Source: Octopus vulgaris | Lineage: Eukaryota | Assembly (NCBI GenBank): GCA_951406725.2 | Contig: OX597824.1 | Location: 1,054,001 to 1,118,000 of the forward strand | DNA length: 64,000 nucleotides | Reading direction: 5' to 3' | Shown: one piece after another, positions 41,787 through 52,413 of the stretch | Layout: the number at the start of each line of letters is the position of its first letter | Position numbering within the stretch: position 1 is the stretch's first letter | Translations under genes and position numbers: made by a program | Notes under the pieces: model-generated | The model's database searches: none | Seen by the model: the letters and a program-made list of their open reading frames with translations, nothing else | Told to the model about the DNA's origin: nothing

Positions 41787-44700
41787 GAGTGGCTGTGTGG
41801 TAAGTAGCTTGCTAACCAACCACATGGTTCCGGGTTCAGTCCTACTGCGTGGCACCTTGGGCAAGTGTCTTCTCCTATAGCCCCGGGCCGACCAATGCCT
41901 TGTGAGTGGATTTTGGTAGACAGAAACTGAAAGAAGCCTGTCGTATATATGTATCATCATCATATATATATATATATATATGTGTATGTGTGTGTATGTG
42001 TTTGTGTGTCTGTGTTTGTCCCCCTAGCATTGCTTGACAACCGATGCTGGTGTGTTTACGTCTCCGTCACTTAGCGGTTCGGCCAAAGAGACTGATAGAA
42101 TAAGTACTGGGCTTACAAAGAATAAGTCCCGGGGTCAAGTTTGCTCGACTAAAGGCGGTGCTCCAGCATGGCTGCAGTCAAATGACTGAAACAAGTAAAA
42201 GAGAATATATATCTATACACATATATCGACAAGCTTCTTTCAGTTTCTGTCTACCAAATCCACTCATAAGGCTTTGGTCAGCCTGTGGCTATAGGAGAAG
42301 ACACTTGCCCAAGGTGCCACGCAGTGGGACTGAACCCGGAACCATGTGGTTGGTAAGCAAGTTACTTACCACACAGCCAATCCTGATGGGCTTCTACACA
42401 GATTCCATCTGCCAGATTCACACTTAAGTCAGTCTGAGGCTTTAGTAGAAGACACTTACCCAAGGTGCCACACAGCAGGAATGAACCAGAGACCATGTGG
42501 TTACAAAGTGAACTTCTTCACCATGTGTGTGTAAGTGAAAAATGGACACAAAACAAACAAACCACTGTCTTGTCTCTCTCTCTCTCTCCTTTTTTACCAA
42601 GTCTACCTGGCCCCTGTCCCACTGAACAGGCTTAGTCTCATATAATCATTCACTTAGGCACTCTTAATGTATTTGTGTTGAACGTCTCAAGCCCTGCACT
42701 TTCTGCTATGTCTAACCATTTCTTCCCACCCTAGACAACTTATGAGAGTTCATGCGGGACACTAGCAGAATCAATCTCATTGGTCCCAGAAGATCTGCAA
42801 AGGCCAGGTGCACAACTCCTTCCACTGGACCAACTCCAGGTGCACAGCCCCTACCAGCAGACTGGCACCAAGCTGATTATGAAGAGTTTTCTTTAAACCT
42901 TTAAACACATTTGTTACCATATTTCTATGGAAATAACACTGACTTTTTTTAATTTATTAATTTTTAAAATAATAGAGAATTTAGCAAAATAAGTTTATTA
43001 AAGCTGGTGTTTGGAACATAAACATAAACTGGAAGGTTTTGATTTAGTGGAGTTTGGTGCAGTCCTCTGGCTCACCAATTCCTGTTAAGCTGTCTAACCC
43101 ATGCCAGCATAGAAGACGGATATGGAATTTTAATCAAATCTCATCGAATAATCCGTTTAGGACAGGAAATTTGCATCAAAGTTGTGGATAGGTGGATGGG
43201 GAGTGGGGGGGATCATCTCAAGCAGGTCTGTAAAATGGCAAAACAATTCTTACCCGATTTTCATCGTGTGTGGAATTCCATTCATACTGAAAAAAAAAAA
43301 AAAAAACTTCATTAAACTGGATTTATTTACATTTCTTCGTATTTCAATATGGTTGAGAATGTATGAACAGGGTGCAACAGAAAAAACTGCCTGTACCTTA
43401 CACAACCCTTGGTCTGCTGCATGTGGTACCGATTTCTTCATTTAGCTGATGATTTACCGTTTTTTTGTTTGTTTTGTTTTTCAGTTACCATCATGGTTTG
43501 GAGCACATGACATTCACTGTTGAAATGTTTTGTCAACCTGTAAAAATGTGGGAGGTTTTCTTGCTACACTGTGTGTGTGTTTGTGTGTAGTAGCTTGCTA
43601 CTCTATGTACAATTATGCAACTAAACACACACACAATCAATTGATGATCCCCTTCAGAACATTCTGCTGTCATCCCAGCTTTTTTGGTTACATCGAAACT
43701 AGATTATCAAATGTAATTTCTTATTTTTCTTTGGAAAACAATTCATTAATTACAGAGATGTACTTGCATAGCAAGTGACTTGATCTGAGATCATGTGCTG
43801 AAACAAAAACAATTGCAGCATGGTAGGTGTTTATAAGCCATTTAAAAAAAAAACACACAAAAACTGCTAGATTCACTTCAACATTTAAATTTAATTTGTG
43901 TCCAAACATTTTTGCCACTTTGAAACCGCGACCTGTTCACTGACAAAATTTTGTGCTGCATCTGATTAAATTCTATGTTTAGATTTCACAAGAGTCAACA
44001 CTGTCTTGTTGTTCTGCTTTTCCTGACACCAACCACTTTTAAAGAATGTCCTGGGTGCATTTTGACAAGACTAGAAAGTCTTCTTGACATTGCATTGTCT
44101 CTGCTTGTTCACCAATGACTTTATAGAATGAGCTTCCAAAAAGGGGATATAAAGGGGCAATTTAGTGTTTGAGATACAAGAAGACAAGATGGCCACAGCT
44201 GAAGGATTGTGCTCAGTCAGAATCTCAATGAAATTAAACAACATCAGTTTCTTCAGTTTGCTTTCCCGAAATGACCACCCACCAAGACACCAATGCAGTT
44301 TTCTCCTTCCCTGTCGGGTAAATGCAAGTGAAGGGAAATAAAAGGGAAGAGGGGAAAATATAACTATGAACTCTTACATCATCATCAAAGTAGTCTTCGT
44401 CATCACTTTCAGCATCCTCACGGCCTTTGGGTTGGATCTGACCGGAACTAAAAGACAAAAGTTTAGTTTATAGACAAATAGGATTCATCTGTTTCAATAA
44501 ATGTTACAATTTTTATTTATTATATATAAATAAATTCTCTCTAAAACAATTCCTTATTAAAGTTATGGTGGCAGGGGTTGTCTATAAAATATCAGCAGGG
44601 GTTCTGCAGTTTTTTGGAAATTGCATTTTGGGTTCTGTGGGACGTACTACCATAAGGTGTGTCCCAGACAGTTGCTAAGGGTGTTGCAAGATTTCAGATT

Positions 44701-47700
44701 TAGTTCACACAATTGCAAAAAAAAAAAATAAAGGTTGAAGTCTTTACTCAAAACAGGTAAGAGTCTGGGGAGAGAAAACATCCTCAGGCATGCAAAATTT
44801 CCATGTGGAACTTAATTTTCTCTTCTGGAATCAAAGAAGACTACTGCAGGCAGAGAGAGACATAGGACGACAAGGTCGCTGCAACATGGGTAACTTCTAA
44901 CACAAATGTTCAAGAAAATTATCAACTGTTTTGATCAACTATAAACATCTTCAGAAAAGTTTACCAACATCATCATCATTATCATCATCATCATTCACAC
45001 AAGCATCATCCTGACCTCCCTCCTTTTCATCATTTTCCCTTCCTTTCTCTTAGTCTCTCTGCTTGCTTCCATCAAATACATTCGTCCTTAAACTTATTAT
45101 TTTGCTGAGGAATCTAAAGAATCTTGGACGTTTTGTTGAAGGCCATGAGTACAGCCACTTCCTGCACCCTAAATCATTATCACCATTGTTATGTCTGATT
45201 TTTTTAGTCACGGGACCAGACTTGATGAGGCAATATTGATGCGGATTCTGACTTCTTTTTCAACAAAGAAATTATATTCAGTAACACTGCAAGAGTCACT
45301 GAGCCGTTGCCTTTTTCTTTCTGTAGGACAAAAGTGTCATCACCTCAAGCTGAAAGATGTGAAAGCAAAGACACGGCAGATACACACACATGTGTGTGAG
45401 TATTTGGTTGTTACATCTATTCGCTTGCTCATTCGTTTCATGTTTGTTTTACCATGCTAATATGGATTAGGAAAATATGTTTTGAGATAAGACGGGGTTC
45501 AGTTCAGTAACTATTTACCAAATTTCCTTCACAAGGCATTGGCCAAACCAAGGCCAAAGTAGAAGATGCGTGTCCAAAGTGTCATTCAGTGAAGACAGAA
45601 CCCAAAACCATTGTGAAGCAAAGTCAATGATGCACATTTAGAAGAAGAAGAAGACAAATATCTAAAACCCTGCATTTTTTTGTAAATATGAAATAAATTT
45701 GAACTCACCCTTCAGGCAGGAAAACCCGATCAGCTTTTAGGTAATCAACAAACTGCTTGGGCAGCGGAATAATAAAGCTATGGAATGACATAAACAGAAG
45801 AGAGGAATATTAAATATGGTTGATATTTTCATTTCTGACATCAAAATATAAATTTAAAAATAAAATATTGTCAGCTCAAACCTTTGCTTCCTCTATTTCC
45901 AACAGCATATCTAGGTCAATAGACTACATTATCCACTGTGACCTCCTGACCTAATGTTTTTAATTGTGATAGAGAATGAATTGAGGGAGATGTGGCAGCT
46001 AATTCTAGCAGATCAAAAATTTCCTTAGATGGTCTTTTATTGGTTAAAAATGTCTATTGTTGTTTAGTTCTTTGTCAGCGCCTATGATCAAATGTGTTGC
46101 ACCAATAACCATCACTCCTATCTTAATTTCTTAAAACAAGAATAGGAAAAGAATCAAGAGTGATTTTGCTGCTATGTCTAGCAGGTTGAGCAATCTGCAG
46201 AACATTCTGGACGTTGAAATATTAACACTATTTGGCAATGTCCAGGTGAATAGATTTGGAAAAGCAGCCACCATTTCCCATGCAAAAGACAAAAAGTTTC
46301 AATGCATTCTGGTATTTTCAACAATGGAGATTAGAATTTTCTCAAAAAATACCCCAACTTTTCAAATGTTTAAATTCCTGCTCCACCTTCAAATTTTTTT
46401 TGTTGTTGACAATTTTTTCAAAATTATTATCACTTATTACATGAATTTTAAAAACACAGAAATCATCATCATCATCGTTTAATATCTGTTTTTGATGCAG
46501 GAATGGGTTGGACGGCTCGACTGGGGTCTGGGAAGCCAAGAGGCTGCACCAAGCCCCAGTCTGATCTGGCAGTGTTTCTACAGCTGGATGCCCTTCCTAA
46601 TGCCAACCACTCTGAGAGTGTAGAGGGTGCATTTTACGTGCCACAGGCATGGAAGCCAGTCAAAGTGGCACTGGCATCGGCCACGTTCGGATGGTGCTTT
46701 TTATCTGGTACTGGCACAGGGGTCACAACTACAATTTCTATTTGATTTGATGTTGATGTTCTTGACTCAATAGGTCTCCTCAAGCACAGCATGTCACCCT
46801 ACAATCGAAGGTATTTTTGAGTGGGCTGGTTATGCGACACAGGTGTAGGTTACAGGTGTGATCTCACTTTATTTGCCGGGTTTTCACAGTCACACCATAT
46901 TTCCAGAGGTCTTGTCTTTTGTTATTGCCTCTGTGTGGTCCAACGTTCAAAGGTCATGCTTCACAACCTCATCCCATGTCTTCCTGGGTCTCCTCTACCC
47001 CGGATTCCATTTTCATAGGCGTAGGAGTGGCTGTGTGGTAAGTAGCTTGCTTACGAACCACATGGTTCCGGGTTCAGTCCCACTGCGTGGCACCTTGGGC
47101 AAGTTTCTTCTTCTTGTGATGGAAACTGAAAGAAGCCTGTCGTATATATTTATATATATATGTGTGTATCTGTGTTTGTCCCCCCAACATCGCTCGACAA
47201 CCGATGCTGGTATGTTTACGTCCCCGTAAGTTAGCGGTTCGGCAAAAAGAGACCAATAGAATAAGTACTAGGCTTACAAAGAATAAGTCCTGGGGTCGAT
47301 TTGCCCGACTAAAGGCGGTACTCCAGCATGGCTACAGTCAAATGACTGAAACAAGTAAAAGAGAGAGTAGGTTTTAATTTAGATCACTTGAAAAGCAAGA
47401 AGTCTGTCTCAGAGTACATTGTTCCAGGTGAGTAAATATGAAAAGCAAACGGCTGGCATGATTCGAGAGATTTAGTTGCTATTTCAGTATCAATGAAAGA
47501 GGATGTGACATCCTCGGTATTTACAAGGAGTCTCCATCACTATTTCGAAAAATGCCAAAATGAAAACAACAATTCTGTATAACAAAGCGATATTATTATG
47601 TATGGGTGAGAGAGTGATTTATCAAATGCAGATACGAGCGAAAACAGCCTTCCACATTCAGTGGTGTTTTGTGAGCAGTGACCCTTTTGATACCAACATG

Positions 47701-48790
47701 CCAGAGACTGCTGCTCGTTCTAATATTCAAACTTCCTGTTTTAGTCATCTAAATCAGTGCCCTGGTTCGTCACGAGACGATGCAAGGTGTGCCGCAGTGT
47801 AACCTGAATAATTTCCCCCCTATACTTTTAGTTCAGGTGTGTCGCCGAATTCTGAAAAGAATATAAGTGTCCCACAAGAAATAAAAGGTTGAGGAACACT
47901 AATCTAAATGAAAAACTGTCCACCAAAATTTCAAGGCCCAAACACTCGTCTAATACTGAGAAAGTTATTTTATTAAAATCTTCCTAATTTTCAAAATCAA
48001 CTGAGACAAGCAAAGTGTGTTTCAATATGAATCTAACAAAAGAGGACAAATATATCCAAACCGCGACTACGTTTGACATGATAAGAAATAAGAAATGTTT
48101 ATCGCTTCCATGCGTCCAGAGTTGTTACCCTTTACACATTTCTTTTGGTTTCCACAAAGAACGGGGTTTTAAGAATGATCGTTCCTATCCGGAATGTGAG
48201 CTTTAGTTAAATCCGACCCGTTAAGACTCCTTCTTTAAATATATTTTACTAGGAAGTCCCACTTGACTGTTGTTGGCTGAGGGCACCGTCGTAGGCTGGG
48301 CGGAATCACTGCTCTGCTTAATTAACTTAAGGACTGTATTTAATATACAAATACACATCGAGAAACAAGCGATATGATAAAAGAAAGAAGTGAACAAAGA
48401 ATGGTACTACTAGCGAACAGTGGTCCCGGTGAGCGCACTCGCACATCCGCGCTAGCTAGTCGTAAGTAGTCGATCCTACAACGACTTGCGTGTATGTTTG
48501 TATTTCAAGGCTGAATCCATATCAAAGAAAGTTAAAGAATGTTTTTCGAACAAAGTAAATAAAACGTAAAGTAAATAATTTTTATAAACAAACCAAGATT
48601 AGGGTTAAAAAGTGGTTGTAGGATCGACTACTTACGACTAGCTAGCGCGGATGCGCGCATCGGGACCACTGTCCGCTAGTAGTAGGGAAGTGAAGAAAGA
48701 ATGAGAGGAGGAATACCTTTGTGGGGAGAGATTCTTGAAAGCTGGGAACCAGGAGGAGAAAGCACAGTTCAACACGTGCTGCACTTTCAT
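24331..48790 (-). CDS. CDC123: CDC123 (ATP-grasp eIF2 assembly factor), 12 coding exons, 1050 nt CDS, 349 aa: join(48717-48790,45709-45777,44378-44447,43254-43286,38826-38921,36783-36889,34111-34238,32965-33087,30979-31007,28353-28490,27844-27981,24331-24375)
   Basis: Spliced by hand; every intron is GT...AG and phases agree. Translation carries D123-family motifs: [101 protein letters not shown]. Confidence 0.96.
24900..26157 (+). mobile_element. hAT (Charlie/Buster-like) transposase relic in CDC123 intron 11
   Basis: [54 protein letters not shown]; right TIR aggttaagaaccactg. Confidence 0.85.
26790..27088 (-). mobile_element. tRNA-derived SINE family C
   Basis: Head ggaggcacaatggcctaatggttagagc...ggttcgaatc; a homologue lies at 52125-52413 (-) and related heads at 4540-4800 and 53960-54200. 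Confidence 0.75.
27844..27981 (-). CDS. CDC123: CDC123 exon 11 (138 nt) [46 protein letters not shown]
   Basis: caacag| and |gtaagt; lies inside ORF 27817..28059. Confidence 0.95.
28353..28490 (-). CDS. CDC123: CDC123 exon 10 (138 nt) [46 protein letters not shown]
   Basis: tttttag| and CAG|gtaagg; DFNPFG motif. Confidence 0.95.
29232..29319 (-). ncRNA. Degenerate hammerhead (G5A) in CDC123 intron 9, sense orientation
   Basis: ct CTAATGA ...catga...tcatg...cat GAAA CATATG TA ag; palindrome ACATATGT. Confidence 0.5.
30410..30600. repeat. 57-bp minisatellite (2 near-perfect and 2 degenerate units)
   Basis: caattgtctcttctctcctataaccacaactgtccaacc(ac)n atgtag repeated. Confidence 0.8.
30979..31007 (-). 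CDS. CDC123: CDC123 exon 9, 29-nt micro-exon [10 protein letters not shown]
   Basis: ttcacag| and CAG|gtaagt; needed to restore frame; VFDVY motif. Confidence 0.93.
31320..32066. repeat. Back-to-back inverted copies of a (CAT)n-tailed interspersed repeat
   Basis: tttaacatctgctttccatgctggcatgggttggacg at the left end and its reverse complement at the right end; same family at 23010, 26480-26690 and 46460-47000. Confidence 0.7.
32965..33087 (-). CDS. CDC123: CDC123 exon 8 (123 nt) [41 protein letters not shown]
   Basis: ttctag| and |gtaagt; phase 1/1. Confidence 0.94.
34111..34238 (-). CDS. CDC123: CDC123 exon 7 (128 nt) [43 protein letters not shown]
   Basis: ttccag| and |gtaagt; EFRCFV motif. 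Confidence 0.95.
34407..34830 (+). mobile_element. Young SINE A (34470-34687) inserted in an older SINE A
   Basis: 13-bp TSD tatttcttttggc at 34457-34469 and 34688-34700. Confidence 0.8.
34968..35591. mobile_element. piggyBac-like non-autonomous element
   Basis: Ends ccctttcgt / acaaaaggg, flanked by ttga (TTAA-like). Confidence 0.45.
35930..36190 (-). mobile_element. Decayed R4/Dong-like RLE fragment
   Basis: ILWDFVIQT and [11 protein letters not shown] remnants. Confidence 0.55.
36783..36889 (-). CDS. CDC123: CDC123 exon 6 (107 nt) [35 protein letters not shown]
   Basis: aatag| and |gtaagt; LLKSSDF motif. Confidence 0.95.
37055..37092 (-). ncRNA. Degenerate minimal hammerhead (GAAA->GGAA) in CDC123 intron 5, sense orientation
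   Basis: ttt CTGACGA a gag-ctcca-ctc GGAA CG TT aaa. Confidence 0.5.
38826..38921 (-). CDS. CDC123: CDC123 exon 5 (96 nt) [32 protein letters not shown]
   Basis: gctag| and |gtaagt; conserved FPKLNWS motif. Confidence 0.95.
39529..40820 (-). mobile_element. Full-length mariner (DD34D) transposon in CDC123 intron 4; transposase 40653->39602 disabled
   Basis: 36-bp TIRs cgaggggcgttcaataagtaatgc..., TA on both sides, 1292 bp; motifs [31 protein letters not shown]; one frameshift near 40563 and TGA at 40049. Confidence 0.95.
40825..40929. repeat. 105-bp palindrome
   Basis: 52-bp arms around a single central A (40877); 3 mismatches. Confidence 0.85.
41496..42379. mobile_element. tRNA-derived SINE family B: plus copy (41784-42204) nested in a minus copy
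   Basis: Head aggagtggctgtgtggtaag...ggttcagtcc; minus copy split into 41496-41705 and 42226-42379. Other family B copies at 22625-23000 and 47018-47365. Confidence 0.85.
43254..43286 (-). CDS. CDC123: CDC123 exon 4, 33-nt micro-exon [11 protein letters not shown]
   Basis: Long T tract plus cag| acceptor, |gtaaga donor, phase 0/0; resembles human WSDDEN. Confidence 0.85.
44378..44447 (-). CDS. CDC123: CDC123 exon 3 (70 nt) [24 protein letters not shown]
   Basis: ttttag| acceptor, |gtaaga donor; acidic linker as in CDC123 orthologues. Confidence 0.9.
45709..45777 (-). CDS. CDC123: CDC123 exon 2 (69 nt) [23 protein letters not shown]
   Basis: ccatag| acceptor, |gtgagt donor, phase 2/2. Confidence 0.93.
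48405..48684. mobile_element. Palindromic MITE-like element in CDC123 intron 1
   Basis: Arms 48405-48482 / 48615-48684; 17-bp near-direct repeat at 48387-48403 / 48687-48703. Confidence 0.8.
48717..48790 (-). CDS. CDC123: CDC123 coding exon 1 (74 nt) [24 protein letters not shown]
   Basis: ATG at 48790; donor AAG|gtattc; matches the CDC123 N-terminus. Confidence 0.93.
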
Positions 48791-49419
48791 AGTGAAACTG
48801 ACTAATGTCAATAAAAGTGATTCCTAAACGCTGGAGAGTTCACCGAGTAAGAGAAAAGAGCAACTATAGTTATCTCCCTTGAAATTACTAGCGCACTTGG
48901 TTCGCTTAATTTGATTGCGGAGAGTATTTAAGTTAATTAAATATTTCATTCCCAGCCGTTTTTTGTTTTTGTTTTTATGGAGCTTTGGAATCGATTTTTG
49001 ATTCAGGCGAGGAAGGAACAGAGCAGAAAGCCAGGGGAACAAATACAGAAGGGGAACATTTTAAAGTAAGATTACCTAAAAACCCCCTTCGGAAGGTCTT
49101 AACGTTGAGGGAAAAAACAGGGATTCTATAAAATGGGGAGGAAAATAATTCCTTGCCCATTTACTTGCCATATCAGGTTACGGTGGCTGTTCCAAAACAG
49201 CGTCAGAGGTTCAATACCCTTATGGAGAATGGAAACGTTACGAAAGTTGGAAGGAGGGGGCAGAAGAAATGTTTGTATATATTTTTTTTCATCTCAGAAA
49301 TGTAATTGTTATTACAGAATAAAAAACCAACAATAACAAAAAAAAAGCGAAAGAAAAGAAATCCGCTCTTTTCTTTCTCCCTGAAACAGCATTTTTTAAT
49401 GCTCCCTGGACAAAAGATA

Positions 49420-50201
49420 CCTATTTCTTTACTACCCACAAGGGGCTAAACACAAAGGGGACAAACAAGGACAGACAAACGGATTAAGTCGACTATATCG
49501 ACCCCAGTGCGTAACTGGTACTTAATTTATCGACCCCGAAAGGATGAAAGACAAAGTCGACCTCGGTGGAATTTGAACTCAGAACGTAACGGCAGACGAA
49601 ATACCTATTTCGTTACTACCCACAAGGGGAAACACAGAGGGGACAAACAAAGACAGGCAAACGGATTAAGTCGATTATATCGACCCCAGTGCGTAACTGA
49701 TACTTAATTTATCGACCCCGAAAGGATGAAAGGCAAAGTCGACCTCGGCGGAATTTGAACTCAGAACGTAGCGGCAGACGAAATACCTATTTCGTTACTA
49801 CCCACAAGGGGCTAAACACAGAGGGGACAAACAAAGACAGACAACGGATTAAGTTGATTACATCGACCCCAGTGCGTAACTGATACTTAATTTATCGACC
49901 CCGAAAGGATGAAAGGCAAAGTCGACCTCGGCGGAATTTGAACTCAGAACGTAACGGCAGACGAAATACCTATTTCGTTACTACCCACAAGGGGCTAAAC
50001 ACAGAGGGGACAAACAAAGACAGACAACGGATTAAGTTGATTACATCGACCCCAGTGCGTAACTGATACTTAATTTATCGACCCCGAAAGGATGAAAGGC
50101 AAAGTCGACCTCGGCGGAATTTGAACTCAGAACGTAACGGCAGACGAAATACGGCTACACATTTCGCCCGTCGTGCTAAAGGTTCTGCCATCTCGCCGCC
50201 T
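49420..50201 (-). mobile_element. SINE family A array: one head plus four 182-184-bp body units
   Basis: Unit boundaries near 49420, 49604, 49786, 49969 and 50152; exact 17-bp TSD 49403-49419 / 50202-50218. Confidence 0.9.
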
Positions 50202-50465
50202 TCCCTGGACAAAAGATATCACCACTTCTTCAAATTGGTTCAGGTAATCTTATTTGCTGAACAATAATGTCGTTCATTACAGCTTTTCAATGGACTAACA
50301 AGCGTTTCCCTGTGTTTTTGCTGGTGAAATTGAAATAAAGTTACTTACACTTTAAGTAGAATCAGACGGGGTAATTTTGTTTGAAAGCACCGGTTTTACA
50401 GTTTTCTCGTCGCTACATGTTTTAATGAAACGTTCGCATGCATGTTAACTTACTTACAATTTACA

Positions 50466-50501
<36 letters not shown>

Positions 50502-52124
50502 TAATATACATATCACAATATCAATCAGACTCTCAGATGTTGTCTTACATCGCTGGTCACATTGCACTTGGCATTGCTTTAGCTTTCGCTCGAGGCCGTC
50601 CCGCTGGCTAGGCGAGCAGCCCCTACCAACCCTCCTTGATCGGAAGAAGGCGATTCTGTTACAAGAGGTAACCCATTTACAGCCGAATGGACTGGAGCAA
50701 AGGGAACAGAACGCGCGGCACGGTCTGGGAATAGAACCCGCGAACTAGCGATCGTGAGTGTAACACTTTAACCACTTGGTTACGTACCTTCACACAAACA
50801 CACACACACACACACACATTTCATGATGGCTAAATGGTTAAGAAGTTCATTTCGCAGCCAAGTAGTGCCGGGTTCGATTCACCTGCAACAGAAAATGACA
50901 TCTTGAGCAGATATCAATCTTTTATAGCCCCCAATTGACTCATATCTTGAAAATGAAACTGGATGGACGTAAACTGCATAGAAACCCCTCTTTAATTGTC
51001 AAACCACAGTGATAAGGTTTTCAAAAACAGAATCGGAATAAACTTAGTTTCAAATACTTTACTTATCCTGTAATAAATAAATAAAACAGCCATTTGTGAT
51101 CGAAGAAAATATCAAAGCTGCTACGGCATTGACCGTTTTGTATTTCCTTCAATGTTTCTATAATAACATTATCGCTCGTGTCATTCTTGTTTTAATATGT
51201 TGTTATCGTTAGGCCTAACTCATCGTAAAGTCAATACCACCATGACCGATATCCAAACTACAGTGGAGAAGGCTAGCCACTGGATTTGCTTAAAAAGAGA
51301 CGATGAGCGATGGCTAGAAGAATATTGAGCTTTATTTAATAACCAGCTGATCTAGCAAGCGGGGCCTCATATCAGTGAGGGGGGCCGGTGCGCATTGATG
51401 CCGTCGAGAGGTAGGCCCCGAAACGGCGCGCATTCTCTCTTGATGACCCCATACACTTGCTGGCTTCCGGTATGCGGAGTTTTTGACTGGTAGCACTTGC
51501 ATGACATCTAGCGTCTAATTTGTGACAGATTTGACAACTAATTGTAGTAAGCCAAGCGACCGCTTAAAAGCTTCCACGTTGGAAATAAGCACAAATACGG
51601 AACTGGTTCAGTTGCCTTGTTGGGAAATGGAGGTGAACTTCGTTAGTTTTTTAAGGTGAATTCAGCTTTCCTTGTGATTATAGGCGGGAAAGAGTCACAC
51701 ACACACATACACACGCGCGCACACAGAGGAATTACAACCGTGTTTCGTGGTCTGCTACCACAACAGCTCCTTTATAGGATCCAGTTAGCTCAAGACATCA
51801 TCAGGAGGAACCACGTCCGGTTTCGGCCCCTACTCCTCTACCGTTTTGATGCCCCCCCCCCCCCCTTTCGGAGGTGTCTTCAGATCTGGTATTGAGTGCA
51901 TGTCTTCTTTCTTCTGTTCCCTGGCCTCTTCAATGTATCGTCAGCGAGTGTTAGCCGGTGACTCACTGACTTGTCAAATTTTTCCCTTTAAATACCTGCC
52001 TCTAGGCTCCAGCAGGCAGCCCCAGCAAGTTGTCACGTGATACTGTCTCACCTAAACTGACTAGTGAAGGCACGTAGTTTTAGCCCGCGCATTACTTCTA
52101 CTATGATAAAAAAAACGATAAACG

Positions 52125-52413
52125 TCGCCCTTTTCAAGCCTAACCAAGCTCATGGGCCCGGTTTCCCGGTTTCTGTGGCGTATGTGTTCCCACAAGCTGG
52201 ACGGGGCGCCAGTCCATTGCAGCGTTACTCAAGAAACAGGAAGTAAGAGTGAGAGAAAGTTGTGGCGAAAGAGTACAACAGGGGTCGCGACCACCCCCTG
52301 CCGGAGCCTCGTGGAGCTTTTAGGTGTTTTCGCTCAATAAATACGCACAACGCCCGGTCTGGGAATCGACACCGCGAGTCAGCTGCCCTAACCACTGAGC
52401 CATTGCGCCTCCA
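52125..52413 (-). mobile_element. tRNA-derived SINE family C
   Basis: Head ggaggcgcaatggctcagtggttagggcagc; same body as 26790-27088. Confidence 0.78.

Noticed and set aside
49420-50201. CRISPR-like array
   Set aside because: Contiguous SINE bodies of about 183 bp with no unique spacers; eukaryotic context with no cas genes.
51250-52040. Divergent gene upstream of CDC123
   Set aside because: GC-richer patches, but no coherent ORF or exon chain; probably old LINE fragments.
52330-52413. tRNA gene
   Set aside because: The tRNA-like head runs into a multi-copy SINE body and lacks a complete cloverleaf.
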